Origin: Elsinoe ampelina
Lineage: Eukaryota
NCBI GenBank assembly: GCA_010093995.1
Contig: ML992507.1
Location: forward strand, 264,781-328,780
Length of the DNA: 64,000 nt
Direction: 5' to 3'
Shown: in pieces, positions 33,193 to 48,750 of the stretch
How positions within the stretch are numbered: position 1 is the stretch's first letter
Layout of the letters: each line of letters begins with the position of its first letter
Notes under the pieces: model-generated
Told to the model about the DNA's origin: nothing
Database searches by the model: none
The model's input: only the letters and a program-made list of their open reading frames with translations
Position numbers and translations under genes: made by a program

Positions 33193-34633
33193 GGTGAATA
33201 TCACTGATATTTTGTCCGAAGAAGTATCACCTTGTCACCTTGAGATTTTGTGCAGCCGATCAATGCGAGCATCCTGGTCCCAAATTTTTGGCGGTGAAGA
33301 ATTCTGCCAGCGGAAACAGGAGCCCCACTTTCATCAATCTGGAGACGGATCAACCTCACATCCCATTTCCACCAACGCCGGGTTTGCAGCGAACGAGCAA
33401 CAACCATGCGAGCGTGACTGCCACGCATCGGTTTGCTGGCATTGATTATTGATGCAGCCCTCGTACATCGGCTTGATATCTGAATCATGTCCAGCTGAGG
33501 CGGAGCCCTTCTTTTGGGCAAACCACAATATCTGTCGCAGACCTCATGGTCAGCTTGTGTTATAATGGACGATGTTCTGAGGGCAGATCGGGTGACATGG
33601 CCAGCTTCACGTGCAACATACGCTCTGCTGCTTGTCTGCTTCAGCTTCATTCCACGCTGAATCTCGAACTGATCTGTGTACTGTCCTGATCTCCTTACTC
33701 TCTAGCAGCGAGACCGGGACTTTTACAATACAAATGGCCAAACTACCATTATGCAGGAAAGGGAATGGACGACTCAATTGCAGGCTGTTGTCGTCATCCT
33801 GGCATGAGCATGCACAACCATCACTTGCCTTCTGCACTTTCATACTCAATGTCCCCTGTCCGTGCTGCCGCCTGTCGAATGTCGGTTGATCTCGTCCACG
33901 GTGATTGTACCATAGATCCATCAAGTTTGTTGTGACTTTTTCCTTGACAATGTTTGTGTGCAGCGAACCTTGGCGACTTCGCGACATCCCATTGCTTGTC
34001 TTTCATCCCCAGCCCCATGACAAACATGGTCCTACCAGGTCGCACTTCCAAGACATGGTCCTGGTATGAATTGGCTGAGTCGTCTGCTCCCAGAACGTTG
34101 GGAGACGGTAGGATTCCAAATACTGTTGGGTCCCTGGTAGTTATCAGCCAAGAGATACTACCAGGCTTGTAGCTATTGCACAGCCTTGTGCCAGAGCTGC
34201 TAGGAATCTCTGGCTGTACCTTATCGGACTTATCTTCATCGCTGATGTAATTCAGGGTAGCCATCTGATCCTGCCATTCCCCTGGTTGTTCAGTTATATG
34301 ACCTGGCTATCCTGCCAAGCATACTAGGACTATGCTTGCTTCCAACCGTGCGACTCTATCACGTGCAACACGTTGCAGCAGCAGAAATCCTGAATTTGGC
34401 ATCCTCATTAGGAATAGTCTGGAAACAGTGACGTGTCAATCAGCTATACTGGCACGTGTCACGCGACTGGCCACAATATATGGTGAAATCTCTTTCCTCC
34501 TCCTTTCTTAACGACAACCACCACCACCATCGTTCGTCGCCCCTCTGCTGCCGCTGCTGCTGCTGCCGCTACTAACCAGAAGAATCGCTCTCCGATACTG
34601 ACAGCTCACAGACCAGCCACCACCCCTGCCGCA

Positions 34634-36367
34634 ATGGCAGAGATTTCGCCACGCCCCGCGCTGGCGAAAAGCCGGTCATGGAGCAAAGCTCCAATGGAGG
34701 TATGCAGGTCACCGTGTACCATAGGATGTATGACTCACCAATATACTAGAGACTGTGGGCCATCGGCCGAGCGATCAACGAGGACAAGGATCTTGTATCC
34801 TTCATGAGTAGCTGCAGAGATATCTGGGCTGCATTCAGTGAAGATGACGGGATGAGCTTCTGGAGGACCAAGTTTGCTGCTAGCTTCGATATGCCCCTTG
34901 CGTATACCATGCTCAGGCAGGTTCCTAACTACAATGCGACCATGGCTAACACAGCACTGCGTAACTACTACCAGAACTGCCGCAAAGCCCTTAGGGTGCC
35001 CGTCGATTTTGCGATTCACGGCAACGAAGATCAGCAGCACCTTGCCATTTCAGCGCTCAGGGATTTGATCATAGGTCAGCTCTTCGTCAACCTCACTTTT
35101 TGCGCGTTGCTTACAAAGACAATAGACTCCGACATGGTCAATGGGCGGAGCAAGAACATCAGAGTGATCAAGATTTTCTGTTTGAACTCCAATCTCTTAC
35201 GCAAAGTCTTTTTCGCCGCACGACCCGGTCGTACACTACACCTCACGGATCTGTACAAGACAGTCACGGTCGCCCTCTTTCATCTTTCGACTTGGCAGCG
35301 TCCACGCGTTCCCACCGAGCTCTACACGGCTGAGTTCAGGCACTGGTACGACAACCGCGTTTACGACTTTGGTACCTCTCGACAAGTCGTCTATGACACC
35401 AGCACAAGTCAGCCCCTCATGATTGAAAACAAGATCAACATGCTGTGGCTGCTGCATTTGACCAATTTCTTCAAGAAATACATAAGTGATGCTGCACACG
35501 GAATCATTTACCACGAATGGCGTGACTTGGAGGTACTCGAATGGCCAAGACGCTGGCAGACGCGCTTGACTGATGGCACCCACATGTTGGGAAGGCACTT
35601 CAAGGGCACCTACGGTAAGCTTGATTGCTTGAATCGGTGGCATATCCAGTTCACATACTAATTGGCCCAGCTTACGTCGAGCCCAACGAGATCGCTTTTG
35701 TGCGTAACCCTGCACTCAACCGTCACCGCCTACACGTCATGGACAACTTCAACGAAGAACAGAGTAGCAATGGATTCGAGGTACGTCTTATCATGTGGTC
35801 GTCTTGACCAATCCAAGCTGATTTGCTGCAGGAGTTCAGATTCACTTTCATCACGGACGAAGAAGACATCTTGTGGCCTTATCTCTTCTCTACGATCCAT
35901 GGCATGGAGCAGATCAACACCTCTTACACTGCGAGACATTCCGGCGGGAACGCTCCCGTCCACTTCCGTGTAGAAGGTCCCCATCGTACTCCATCAAGGT
36001 GACTACCATCTCCAATCCATACTACCAACCTGATGCTGACACGAAATAGCTTCGAAGCTCGAGGATGGCTGCAAGGCGTCGATGCCCAAGAGGGTATCCC
36101 GGGATGGCAGAAGCTGATCATGATGGGCTTCAAACGTCAGCCGGATGGTAGCATCGATCCAGACGACATGCATGCCTACGAGGCCATAGTCCTACCAGGC
36201 GGCCAGATTATCCTGGGAAGGTGGTGGTATGCGGACACTGGTAGAGACTTTCTGGTAGGATCATCCGCCTCCGTGGTGTGGCTCTATACTAACAAATGTG
36301 GCAGCAGCAATCGGGGCCGTTTATGTGGTGGAACGTGGACGCCATGCATGGGGCAGACGACAAGTAG
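34634..36367 (+). CDS. Multi-exon fungal protein with a divergent N-terminal F-box-like segment
   Basis: Six inferred introns join APME|RLWAIG..DKDLVSFMSSCRDI..FWRTKFAASFD..ALRDLII|DS..LGRHFKGTY|AYV..GWLQG..QEGIPGWQK..AYEAIVLPGGQIILGRWW|SGPFMWWNVD. Confidence 0.7.
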
Positions 36368-36911
36368 TTCTGGTAGTCCTTCTGGGAGAAATACTAGCAG
36401 AGGCATGGCCGCTTCTCCGAATCTCGAAAGATTGTATCAGTAGAAAGTCCATGCCATGGATAATCAAATGCACTCTTCGCGAGGCAATCTCAAACCAATC
36501 AAGGTGCCTGGCGATCAGGATCTCGAAGCAAAATGTCCGACGCGAGGTTCGGAGTCCGGAGGTGGGACAAACAGAGGCAAAAATGATCAGGGTCCCCGGT
36601 GGTGAGGCCTCAGCTCAGAGCGCTTGTCGTCGGCAGTTGGGGTAACACTGCAATTCACTGCAAAATGACAAAGATCAGATGGCGGGGCTCTGCCTGTCCA
36701 TTCACCGCTACGGCGAGTTCTCCAGCGCAGAATTGTCAAAGCTCGCCGGCCAGTGATCCCATTTTTTTAATTCTCCGACCTCAAGCTCTGTTTCTCTTCC
36801 CTCACACATCTTTCCTCCTTCCTCACACACTATACCACTCTTTATCACACGTCAATAGACTCTCAGACACCCATACCCTTCACTACATCCACTCAAGACA
36901 CATCCGCAATC

Positions 36912-38417
<1,506 letters not shown>

Positions 38418-39137
38418 ACGTTGTCTAGCTTCCTGTCGTGTTGCCCAGAAGAGGAGTATTTTCAACACAAAAAAGTCGCATTCGGATTATTATACCACGG
38501 TAGACCTACACGGACGGGACGGGGGGCCAGGCGGCAAGGGCAGTCAGCCAGCCACCAGACTTTGCTCATCCCAGGGGTTGTTGCATCTGATTTCTTATGT
38601 TTTGTGGCTTTTAGGCGGTGCCATTTAACGCGTCGAGCAAGCGCTGCTCCTGTCGCGGATTCAACATGACATGATTCAACATGACGAATGTTTTAACGAG
38701 GATTACGGGGTCACGGATGGAATATCTTGTGGCTTTCTCTCAAGGGGATGGTTGTCGCTCGGTTTCATACATGAGTGGCCGGGTGGTGGTGGTATAGAGC
38801 TCCTTCAACTGTGAGCTGGCGTGCGGTACTGTCGGCCCTTTGTCAAAAGGGAGGGCGACGCATGGCCTTGTGTAGTGAATGAAGATGAAACATGATATTA
38901 TCGTCTCCTGGTGATGTGGTATGTGGTGATGTTCTACGCTATGTTCGTGCACCTCCATCCCTGACTCTGTCGACGACATCCTTCTCTTGACACGTTTCAT
39001 CGATCCTGTCTCCCTTGCTTGTTCCTCGCCTGCCTCCTCCCTGCGATTGCCCTTCCACAACCCTGTCACCCGTTTCTCGCGAATCCGAGCCGCCCTTCTT
39101 CCCCGAAGCTTCCGTAGCACACTCTCTGGCGACAAGT

Positions 39138-42100
39138 TCAGAACCCTTCCGTCCTCTTCTTCTTCTTCCTCGGCGGCGGGCCCATGTCTCCCCTTTGCCA
39201 CATCTGCATCTGCGACGACTGCATCTGCGACGACTGTACCTGCGACGACAGCAATTGCGACGACCCCCTCCCTCCCTCCCTCGAACCCCCCCTTCCTCGC
39301 CCAGCAGACGGACTCCTCGTCAAAGCCGGACTGAGCAATCGACTCGGCGACGCCCGGGAGGGGGACGAGCGGATGGCGAGTCCCCTCTCCGCTTCGACCA
39401 CGCCGGTACGTCTCGGTGTGTCCGCTACACTGGGTCCAGGTCTGGGCGAGAGGTTTGTGTCCGTTGCGCCCGCCTGCGCCCCCGAGGTGGGCCGTGCCGG
39501 TGCCACGTTGCCGATGCCCGTCTGTGAGGCTCGCGCGGGCGTGCGTGTCTGGCTTTGACTGAACCGCTGCGCCTGACCTCCCCTTTGGGTGTGGGTCTGG
39601 CTTTGCCCCTGGCTCTGGCTCAGCCCCACCCTCGGCGCTGCCCCCGCTGCGCCCAGCTGGGACGCCAACCTCTCCTCTTCTCGCCTCCTTCTCTGCTCTA
39701 GTCGTGCTCTCTTCCGTTCTAGTTTCTCTCTCTGTTTGGCTGTCAGGGAGGCGGCTTCTTCTTCTGCGCTCCGTTGGGCGGCGAGGCGGGACCGGGTGGT
39801 GAACCAGTTGTAGTCTGCTGGGGAGGTGGAGGGGTCCCAGTGTGCGAGGATGCGGGACGTGGCGGAGGTGGAGGCCGGGAGGGGTTTGGTTGGGGTTGTA
39901 AGGGAGGTGTAGTGGAATAGGCGGGAGAGTGCGGCTTGGGAGGTTGAAGGTGGGAGGGGAGCGGAGGGTAGTCGATGTTGAGGAAAGGGTTGGGAGGAGA
40001 AGAGCTGGGAAGAGGGTATTTGGGAAGAGAAGGGTTGGGAGAGGGGCGGTGGTGAAGAGTTGAGGTCTGCTGGTTGAGGTGGCGCAGTGGCGGGTTGGAT
40101 CTTGTGACTTGCGAATGCTAGGGTGGCGGCAATGCGGCGAGCGAGTTGCTCTCGTGCTAGGCGGACTCGGCCGGGGACGTCCCCACTGAGCGGAGATAGC
40201 CAGCGAGAGATAATGTGCTGGTAGATCTGCTTGATATCTGCTCCTGCTACATCGCCGCTCAGGCCAAGCAGTCTTGTGTCTCCAATCTGTGACAGCACCA
40301 GCGCTTCGTCGGATAGAGGACGTTCTCCATGCTGCAGGAGGAGGTTCCCAAAAGCCTCGATCACCTGGTCGAGGTCACTCACAGTAACGTCGTTGTCAAC
40401 GAACTGGGTGCTGCCATCACGTCAGTCTCTGTAAGCAACAACATGTGTCTCCATCACTCACAGCAACCTGACTGAATTGTTCAATGGATCATCGGACCGT
40501 AGAGCATCTTGAATCTTCAAGATGATACTTGTCGCATCATTAAGGCGAGATATGTTGGATTCGGCAAGCAAGTTGTATATGCGTTCATAATTGGCAATTC
40601 TCCGCTTCTGAGAGTGCTGTACCAGCCCAGAGGTTTGCTGGGTGCTGAAAGTTTGTGTACGAGTCTGATTCTCAACATCGTCATCGTCGACGACAAAAGA
40701 CGAACGGGACAGCTCCGTTGCGGTGCCTCTGATCCTGCTCCTCCAGCTCGGACCATGTAGAATGCCAGAAGAGGATTCTGGTCGGATAGCAAGTAATTGT
40801 TGAGTCATGCTAAAGTCCTTAAGCAGGGAGGTCAACAAGAAGAAACGCACTCCTTCCGACCTGTACCGTCCTGCAACTCCTTGGTGGTCAGACGTTGGAA
40901 TGTCGTCCCAATGGGCTCGGGTAATCCTGGAGCTCAGTATGCTCGACCTCGAATTGCGAGCCACACCATTGACTATCACAACGTCGGATACTAGACAGGA
41001 TCCAACTTGACCTTCAGGTGTACTGAAGGTTAGAAACGTGGTCGCCAGGCTCAGAGAAGACATGATTGAGACCATGGTACGCTCCGCGTCGGCACAAACC
41101 ACCATATGCAAGGATCGATCCTCGTGGTCTCGGAAATGCCTGATCTTCTGCAGTGTTTGAATTCCTGAGGTAGATATCCCGTCTTTGGCCCTTTCAAAGG
41201 CTCCGATAGAGACGTAGTAGACGTACATCGTCGTCAGAAAGAAGAGACGGTCTGGTCGAGTCAAATCGACCTGCACGTCCAAGATCCATGGCGCTGAACG
41301 CTTTTTCGCGATCTCGAGACTGACTTGCACCGCAGCACTCGAGGGAACGTCCACGAGACAGACTTGCGTGCGAGTACACACCATTAGCGTGTCTGTGTCA
41401 CGTACCCACAGGATCCGAGTCCAGCCATCATACTGCACGGTCGAATCATCAATGTCCTGCTCTGAGTCCGATTCTCGGATCACACCATCTGCTATCCTCG
41501 TGGCATCCTCGACACCTTCATGCAGCAACGGGGAGGCTCCCTCCCAAACGTGCCATGCTCCTGTGGCGCTGACAGTCGCAAAGTGTCGCTCAAACCAGGG
41601 ATTGACGGAAGCGTGGGAGTGGACCGGAACTGACATAAATCCAGTTGGTATGACGCACAGAACAGAGACCTTCAATCTGCTCGCATGCTCGCTTGAACTG
41701 CTACGGAGTGCATCCCTGGAGAACCGTGCTCTGAGCAGAAAGGTAGCCTGGTGTGTGCGGATTGCTAAGGCTCCTTTATGATAGGCTGGTCCAACGCAAA
41801 AGCTAATCTGCTGAATGGGCGAAGGCGAAGACCAATACCCTTGTTCTCCTGCGATCACGGGCACCATAATGAAGCAGTGGCGATCGTCATCCCAGCCCTG
41901 TCTCTGGTTTTGGACACGAGCGATACACAATCTCGTTCTTGCAGTATTACCGGGGAAGGCAGCGACAGGAATAGTGCGGTGAGTCAGCTTGTCGGATACA
42001 TGTCCAAAGTCCAGAAGATCACCCACGAGCGGATCGTCTTCGCCGAGTGCACGATCCACATCCCCGGAAACACGACTCTCGTCGGCCAGGTAGCTGGAGA

Positions 42101-42323
42101 TGGAGATCAAAGCTGGATCTCTGACTGCTGAACTATCGGAAGTACCTTGTGCTGGTCCAGGAGATTCAACCTCGGGTCCTGATACTAGAATCTGTGGAGC
42201 ACCCACAAGGTCGGCTTTCACATGGTCGAGGGATCTCTTCCACAACCATGTTCCACTTTCGAGACAGTATTCTGGTTCGCCTAGATGACCATATCCCAGG
42301 CCGTCATCATACGTATCAGTCAT
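39138..42323 (-). CDS. RRN6: RNA polymerase I core-factor subunit Rrn6-like, 2 exons
   Basis: LGYGHLG..Y, DPLVGDLLDFG, PIQQISF, HSHASVNPW..FATVSATGAWHVW, WILDV, HFRDHED; intron ~40410-40460; ILAHW..SPADYNW; SQ-rich tail ending KKKKRTEGF. Confidence 0.8.
39206..39265. repeat. 4 x 15-bp coding tandem repeat (SSQLL/SSQVQ/SSQMQ/SSQMQ) in the Rrn6 tail
   Basis: TGCATCTGCGACGAC x2, then TGTACCTGCGACGAC and AGCAATTGCGACGAC. Confidence 0.75.
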
Positions 42324-42699
42324 TTGGCGGCGACTTTATCGTCCGGACTATCTTGTTTGACGTGATATGAAGATGCATGGCCAAAATTCCGAATGTGAAA
42401 GCTGGTGATTCCGGGACCAGATCCTGCAAGTCCGGCGTTCTCCAGTTGTGCAGTCGAAGATTTGGACGTGGGATATGCAAAGGCGCAAAACTTCATGTGA
42501 AGCCTTCGAGTTCAATCTCTATCAAAATCTTGGCAGTCCCGGTGCGGCTGCCCGGGTTCCCGATTGTTTACATTTGCCCCAAAACAGTAATTCCGACACC
42601 TCGACTTCGTCACAACTTCAACATCACAATTCTTGTCTGCGCACATCACCGACAAGCAATTATACTTGACATACTAATCGCGACAGAGCCTCAGCAATC

Positions 42700-43541
42700 A
42701 TGGCGACGACAGCGACTCCTCTCCGCCATGACACACCCTTCTCCCTCTCCACCTCCACCTCGCGACCATATGCACCGGAGACAAGCATGGCGGACACCCT
42801 ACCAAGCATCGACTTCAACTTTGCCGACCTGCGCGAGCGTATGGCTCTCTTCACTGCCAAATTCGACGACTTTATTGAGCGCGGACGAAAGCGAGTGCTT
42901 GAAGAGCGCAATGCATTCCGCCTCAACGTGACAGAACTGCAAGGTAAGCCCACCCTGCGCAATGACTCTCAAAACAAGCACTAATTCAGAATTCAGAATC
43001 TCAGAGGTCACACAAACATACCCTGGAGAACCTGCACGAGTCTGCAGCAGTCCACGCAGACACACTTGAGAAAGAAGCCGAAGAGCGTGCCGAGCTGCAG
43101 GCTTCGATCGACGAGTTGGCGCAAGAGAAACAAGCCGCGACTACGCACCGTGACGGACTACTGGTGCAGATCAAAGAGTTGCAGGAAGTGATTCGAGTGC
43201 GAAGGGAGGCTCAAACTCAGTCAAAGCGAGCACTCGAGGCACAGGCGAGGCAGAACGGACCGGAAGTCAGGTTTTGGGAGCAAATTCTAGGACTGCGGAT
43301 GGAAGGTGCAGGAGGGGAGAGGATTAGGTTCTGTTTCTGCTGTGTGGACGATAGAGATTCGCGAAAGGAGATGGGATTCGTGCTTGATATGGGGCAGAGG
43401 TCGTATTGGGTGGTGGAGGCTGATGGGTTGGATGAAGGGGATGTGGAGGGTGTGGTGGATAGGCTTAACGACGGAGGAGAGCTGAGGGCATTCTTGAAGG
43501 AGATGAGAAGCCTGTTCGTCCAGGCCTGCCGAGATAGATAA
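42700..43541 (+). CDS. SPC25: Kinetochore Ndc80-complex subunit Spc25, 2 exons
   Basis: LPSIDFNFADLRERMALFTAKFDDFIERGRKRVLEERN; intron ~42943-42996; coiled coil; NGPEVRFWEQILGLRMEGAG..IRFCF..FLKEMRSLF. Confidence 0.9.
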
Positions 43542-43612
43542 AGCAATCTAGCTTCCCATTACAATTCCGGGGTATCTGGTATGGAAATTTAACACCTTTT
43601 TCTCCTTCCATT

Positions 43613-45202
43613 TTACAACTCCGGTGGACCAGGAAAGTCATACGCCGCGCCCATCAAGCTCAAAACCGTCCCAATTCCTTCCACTATTTCGACTTGGAAA
43701 GGCTCAAACGCCACCCTCTCGCCGTCGATACTGATGAAGCCCTCCTTCTGGCCCGCCCTCAGTCGCGGCGTGATCCTCACGGCTTTCACCTTTCTATACT
43801 TGACCTCCTTTTGATCGAAGAACCCATTACCCTCCACGCTCATGAGCAGCTTGATGCTAACATGCCGCCGTATATTCCCATCGATATTGACCAAATCCAA
43901 CAGTCCATCATTCGGCAACGCAGCCGGGAAGAAAGGCGCATCCGTCGCCATCCACGCCATATTTCCACAGTAGAAATTCCCCAGTGTCGGCATATCTCTC
44001 GTCTCCCACTCCTTCGGCACCGGATCCCTCACAGTCCCATACCTCGGCCTGTCCAAAGGTTCATGGTCCCTCGCCTCCCTCTCCTCCTCCCTCATCTGCT
44101 CCCCCCTATACCTCATCCTCTTATACACCTCCCGCACCTTCTCCTTCTCCTCCTCAACCAACACACTGACCTCGGCCGGATAGACCGTCTTGCCCAACAA
44201 CCTCACCAAAAACCCCCACGTAAACCTCATGCCCCCCATCCACCTCAAATGCTCCGTCCCCAGATCCGACTCGGCCACAATCCCCACACTCTGGCTCAAA
44301 AAACTCCACAACATGCTCTCCCCCTGACTCACCCTCGCAAGATCAAACATCCTCCTCTCCCCCTTGACCACGGCCAACGCAGCCACACTCGCGCTATCCG
44401 TGCCCAACAAATTCCTACACATCGCGTTCCCGCTCCCGCACGGCAGCTGCGCGACCGCCATCTTGCGCAACGCCCGCCTCGGCGCCCCTTGCTCCGCCAG
44501 TCCGTTGAACACCTCGTGCGGCGTCCCGTCCCCCGAGCAACACGCCATCACATCGTACCTGTCCACGTCGATCTCGCGCGCGATCTCCCTCGCGTGCCCC
44601 ACGTGCGTCGTCGTCTCGACGTCCAGCTCGCACCCGGCGGCGCGCAGGATCGGCTCCACGTCACGCGCGAATAGCGCCGGGGCCAGACCGCGCCCGCCGA
44701 GGGGGTTGATGAGGATCTTGATGCGTTTGTTGCGCTGGACTCGCGGGGGGTAGGCGCGGGAGAGGAGGACGGTGAGGAAGGCGGTGGCGGTGGGCAGGGA
44801 TTTGGTCGGGAGGGGGTAGGTGATGTAGGCTGGGCGGACGGAGGAGCGGGACAGAGGGAGGGCGTGGGTTATGGAGAGGGTTGGGGGGGAGGAGGGGTCG
44901 GAGGTGAGGGTTGCCGAGAGGATGTTGTGGTACGGGATGGTTTGGGTGTTGGAACGTGGGAGGGGGAGGGGGATGCCGCAGATTTGGTGGTGGGGGCGGA
45001 GGCCCGGGTCTGGGAGATGTCAGCGGTGGGAAGAGGGAGGGAGAGGGTAGGTACCGTAGACTACGAGCCCGTCAGCGGTGAGGGAGAGGCGGGCATTGCG
45101 GTCGACGAGGAGGTCGGTAGGGGGTGAGGATGCGTCGCTGGAGATGGACCCGGGGCGGTCCGCGAAGGGATTGGCGATTGATGGGTCGGACTCGGCGGAC
45201 AT
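43613..45202 (-). CDS. Sphingoid long-chain base kinase (Lcb4/Lcb5-like, DAGK family), 2 exons
   Basis: Intron ~45009-45053; ILINPLGGRG, CSGDGTPHEVFNG, LPCGSGNA, AESDLGTEHLRWMGGMRF, ISIDGE. Confidence 0.92.
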
Positions 45203-46097
45203 GGTGTGAGGGCGCCGGTGTGTTATTGTGGAGGTCTCTGCATGTTGTGACGAGGTGTTGTAGGTGGATGTCAGACGAGGTTGTTAGGCCCCCGAGGACC
45301 TCCGCGGGAGTGAAGTTGGCCGCAAAAGGGCCCTCGCAGAGCCGCACGCCGCCATGTCTCACTTGACCAAGCGAGGCACCGAAAAGGGCCGAAAGCGAAC
45401 TTTGTCACGCAAGAAGATGCAAGGCACCTTGTTTGCAAAGAGAGATGGCATGTATTGAATTACTTTCATCCAGCCACCAAATAGACACCCATCCGTGACA
45501 AGATAGAGAACAAATCCTTTACACCTTTCGAATCCTTGATATGTTCCACAGTATCTGAACATGTCCCATAGAAGGAGTGTAATAGTAAGTGCCTTTCTTG
45601 CCCTTCCTGATCATAAACCCAATTTCTCTCGCTCCGCTTTGCTTCGTAATAACGTCAAACAGACTGATTCCCCTTGGAGTCGATGCTCTCTCTCTCTCCA
45701 TGCATCGCTGCTCGCAAGCTTTTCCCTCGTCATTAGAAAGTAGTTGTCCCTCAATATATTGTACATGATGCATTAAGAAGTGAAGGAGTGTGGGTGCATG
45801 AGCACGTAAATCGAATGAGCTCGTTGCAGAATGCGGAAAACCAGTATAAGCATAATGTGAATAGTGATGCTGAAGGAAGGCCAGAAGTCGAGTTTTCTCC
45901 ATCGCAATGCGGTAAATCGAATCAAAGTCATGCAGGAGGGAGGTGTGGGAGAAATTAGGCTTCTGTCGAAGATTGCGTCTTGAAATGGCATCGTCCTGGT
46001 TCCGCCAATGTAAACGCCGCGCTTGAATATCATGAAAAGTCGCAGCTTTGACTAGATGCTTGCGAGAGGTTGTGCGCAAAAGGGCGGTAACAAATGA

Positions 46098-48750
46098 TCA
46101 AATACCACTTGTAGATTGGTCTGAAGAGCTGCCAGGACTCTGGGAGAGATCCTTCTGCTTGGTCTTCTCAAAGTGCTCGGGTCCGTGATTGGCGAAGGTG
46201 TAGTTCTTGGGTCCGGTCTCGGTGCTCTTCCTCGGTGTCACAACACGTTTGACATCCTGAGGAGGACTGTACTCGTGCACAAAGAAATCCGCTGCAGGGA
46301 CTGACTTTGATGCACCGTGGTGGACTTGGTGAGACTGCGAGAGCAGTACATTCGTGTTGGACGGGACGAACGGGAACTGCATGTTCGGGGGCGTAATCTG
46401 CTGAGCAGACAGACCGTGTCCGAATGACATATTCCCAAACCCCATGCCCATCGGCTGCGAACCCGGAAGCATGTGTGACAAGTCGCCCATCTGCTGTTGC
46501 GCCTGCATCATCTGAAGATATTGCCCTGGCTGCATCTGAGCAGATGGCATGACGACATTATGCATGGTCGGGTATTCGTTGGGCATGACCGGAACAAACG
46601 TCTGAGGCTGAGAAGTCATCATTGGCCCTTGTGACATTGTGGTCTGCATCTGAGGTGCTTGCGAGTACATGTTGCTTGGGAAGCACTGCTGAGTAGCTGG
46701 CGCAGATTGGGGAGGCGTACTTGCGCTCATCATATCGCTTCCAAGACGGCTGCGGACCATATGAGCAGCATAGTTGGGTGTTGAAGGTGGTGAAGAAAAG
46801 GTGTTTGATGAATTCGTGGTGAGCATTTGATGTTGTGATTCTTCGTGAAGCTCGTTGATACTTGGTTGACGGCTCATTTGATGAGCTCCGAACATTTGTG
46901 AAGATTGTCGTTGTAATTCCAGGCGATGCGTCAATTCAGTAGGAGAGAGGGGCGTAGGAGGCGCAAGACTGGCATTGGACACGGGCATGTTCGCGCCAGC
47001 AGGAGAGTAAGAAGAAACCCGACGTGCGAACTTGGGAGAGTTCATGGCTTCAGCGAAGGTGAAGTTTAGTGGTGATCGTTGAGCACCGCTGATGCTCTTT
47101 TGGATCCTGCCACTAGCAATGCCATTCATGACGTTGGAAGACTTGATGCGGCGAAGTGTAGGAGGTGCAGGGTTGGGGGTCAGACCCGTGTTGCTGTGCA
47201 TGCCCGGAGCGGTCGGGAGGGGACCACAGTAGGAGGCACTGCGAAGGGAAGAGGCGGCCAAGGGCTGAGGTCTGGGTCTTTGCCTTCTAGCAGCAATTCC
47301 ACCTGATGCGCTGTTCGTGCGAGAGGTCGGCACACTGTTGGCTTCGCTGCTCAAGCCCATGTTGCCCATTGACTGAGTGAGAGAGGCCGGGGCTTCTGAT
47401 TGTGTGAATGGCTGGTCGTTTGTAAAGTCCATTTGTTGCTCAGCGAATGGTACCGACGAGTTGCGGCGAGTATGTCCTGACGATGACGATTGTGACTCTG
47501 CACGAGCTGCAGCTTCCTGGAATTCACGATCGATGGCGGTGAAGTCGACAGGTACGGATTGGCCAGGCTGCCATTGGGTCGATGAAGTAGAGCCAATCTT
47601 CCCACGAGGTGAGATTTCCGTCTCGGAGGCGGCGTAGCCGGAATCAGCTTGGTTCACAACGGGTGTGATGCTGAGGGAAGGCGTCGAGTGCTCTGACCAG
47701 TCCGAGATGGAGCTGTGAGCAGACGGATTCCGGGGCACGTGGTCTGGGGTGCTGCCAGTATGGTCGGCGAAGAACGAAGAGCTTGAGCCAAATGTGTCGG
47801 GATTAAAATCGGTGTGCATGTCGTTCGAGTCAAGGCCGTCACTGCCGTTGTTGCCAAAAGTGAATTCGCTCATGAAATCGTTTACAAAGTCACCAGACAT
47901 GGTCTTTGGCGATTCGTGTACAGCCGAATCTGCAGGCTTACCAGTGATGTAGTCTGAGTGGTTCGCGAACGAGTCGAATTGCTCTTGAGTCAAGGTTCTC
48001 CGGTGGGTTTCGATATCATCCACCTCGGCTTTGAGCCCGGCTGTCGCGGTTTGAGCGCTTGTGTTCATCATGTCCTGGGGTGACATGGTTGTTGGAGGAA
48101 GTGAAGAGTGGCTGCTCTCGTCGTCCGAGATTATTCCAAGACCATTCGACAAGGACATTGGGTCTACACCATCGTGCGAGTCGTTCATGAACTCGGAATA
48201 AGCAAGATCTTCAGAGCTCATGCCAATCTGCGAGGTCGCACTCGAGGGCGGCTGAGATGAATGTCCTTGGGATTGTGTTTCTTGCCCGCCCTGTCCCGCT
48301 GCCTCGCCAGCAGCCTTTTTCGCATCCTGCTTCGACTTTGCTCTCCGGTTCTGGAACCAATTCTGGGAATCGTTAGTTCTCGTTCCCAAATTGAGAAGAA
48401 GAGTTGCAACATACGTTAACCTTGTCCAGTGACACTCCGAGTGTCTCTGCAAAGCCCTTCTTCGTCTGCGTGTTCGGTTTACTCTGCTGCTGGTAGTGGC
48501 TCTCGAGAATGTCATGTTGCTCCTTGGTCAAACGGGGCTTGACATCTACAGCAAGACTCGCGAGATGGTGCGCATAGTGTGGGTTGAACTGATGGTGTGA
48601 GTAAAAGTCTTGCTGTGGTATATGATGTTGTTGTTGTTGCTGCTGCTGCATTTGCTGGTAGTCTGACCGGAAGTGAGGGTGCCGCAAGTCAATGTGGTGG
48701 TCCTCCTCGGCATACATGCCGAAGTCGTACTGGTCCATCCTGGTAGCCAT
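46098..48750 (-). CDS. Homeodomain transcription factor of the HbxA/Pah1/Htf1 type, 2 exons
   Basis: VKPRLTKEQHDILESHYQQQSKPNTQTKKGFAETLGVSLDKVN|NWFQNRRAKSKQ across intron ~48363-48414; IAARRQRPRPQPL, TLRRIKS, GRIQK..AQRSP, TPPQSAPATQ; polyQ near the N-terminus. Confidence 0.9.

Noticed and set aside
38658..38685. 15-bp tandem duplication GATTCAACATGACAT/GATTCAACATGAC
   Set aside because: Two copies only, with no spacers or element ends; simple slippage.
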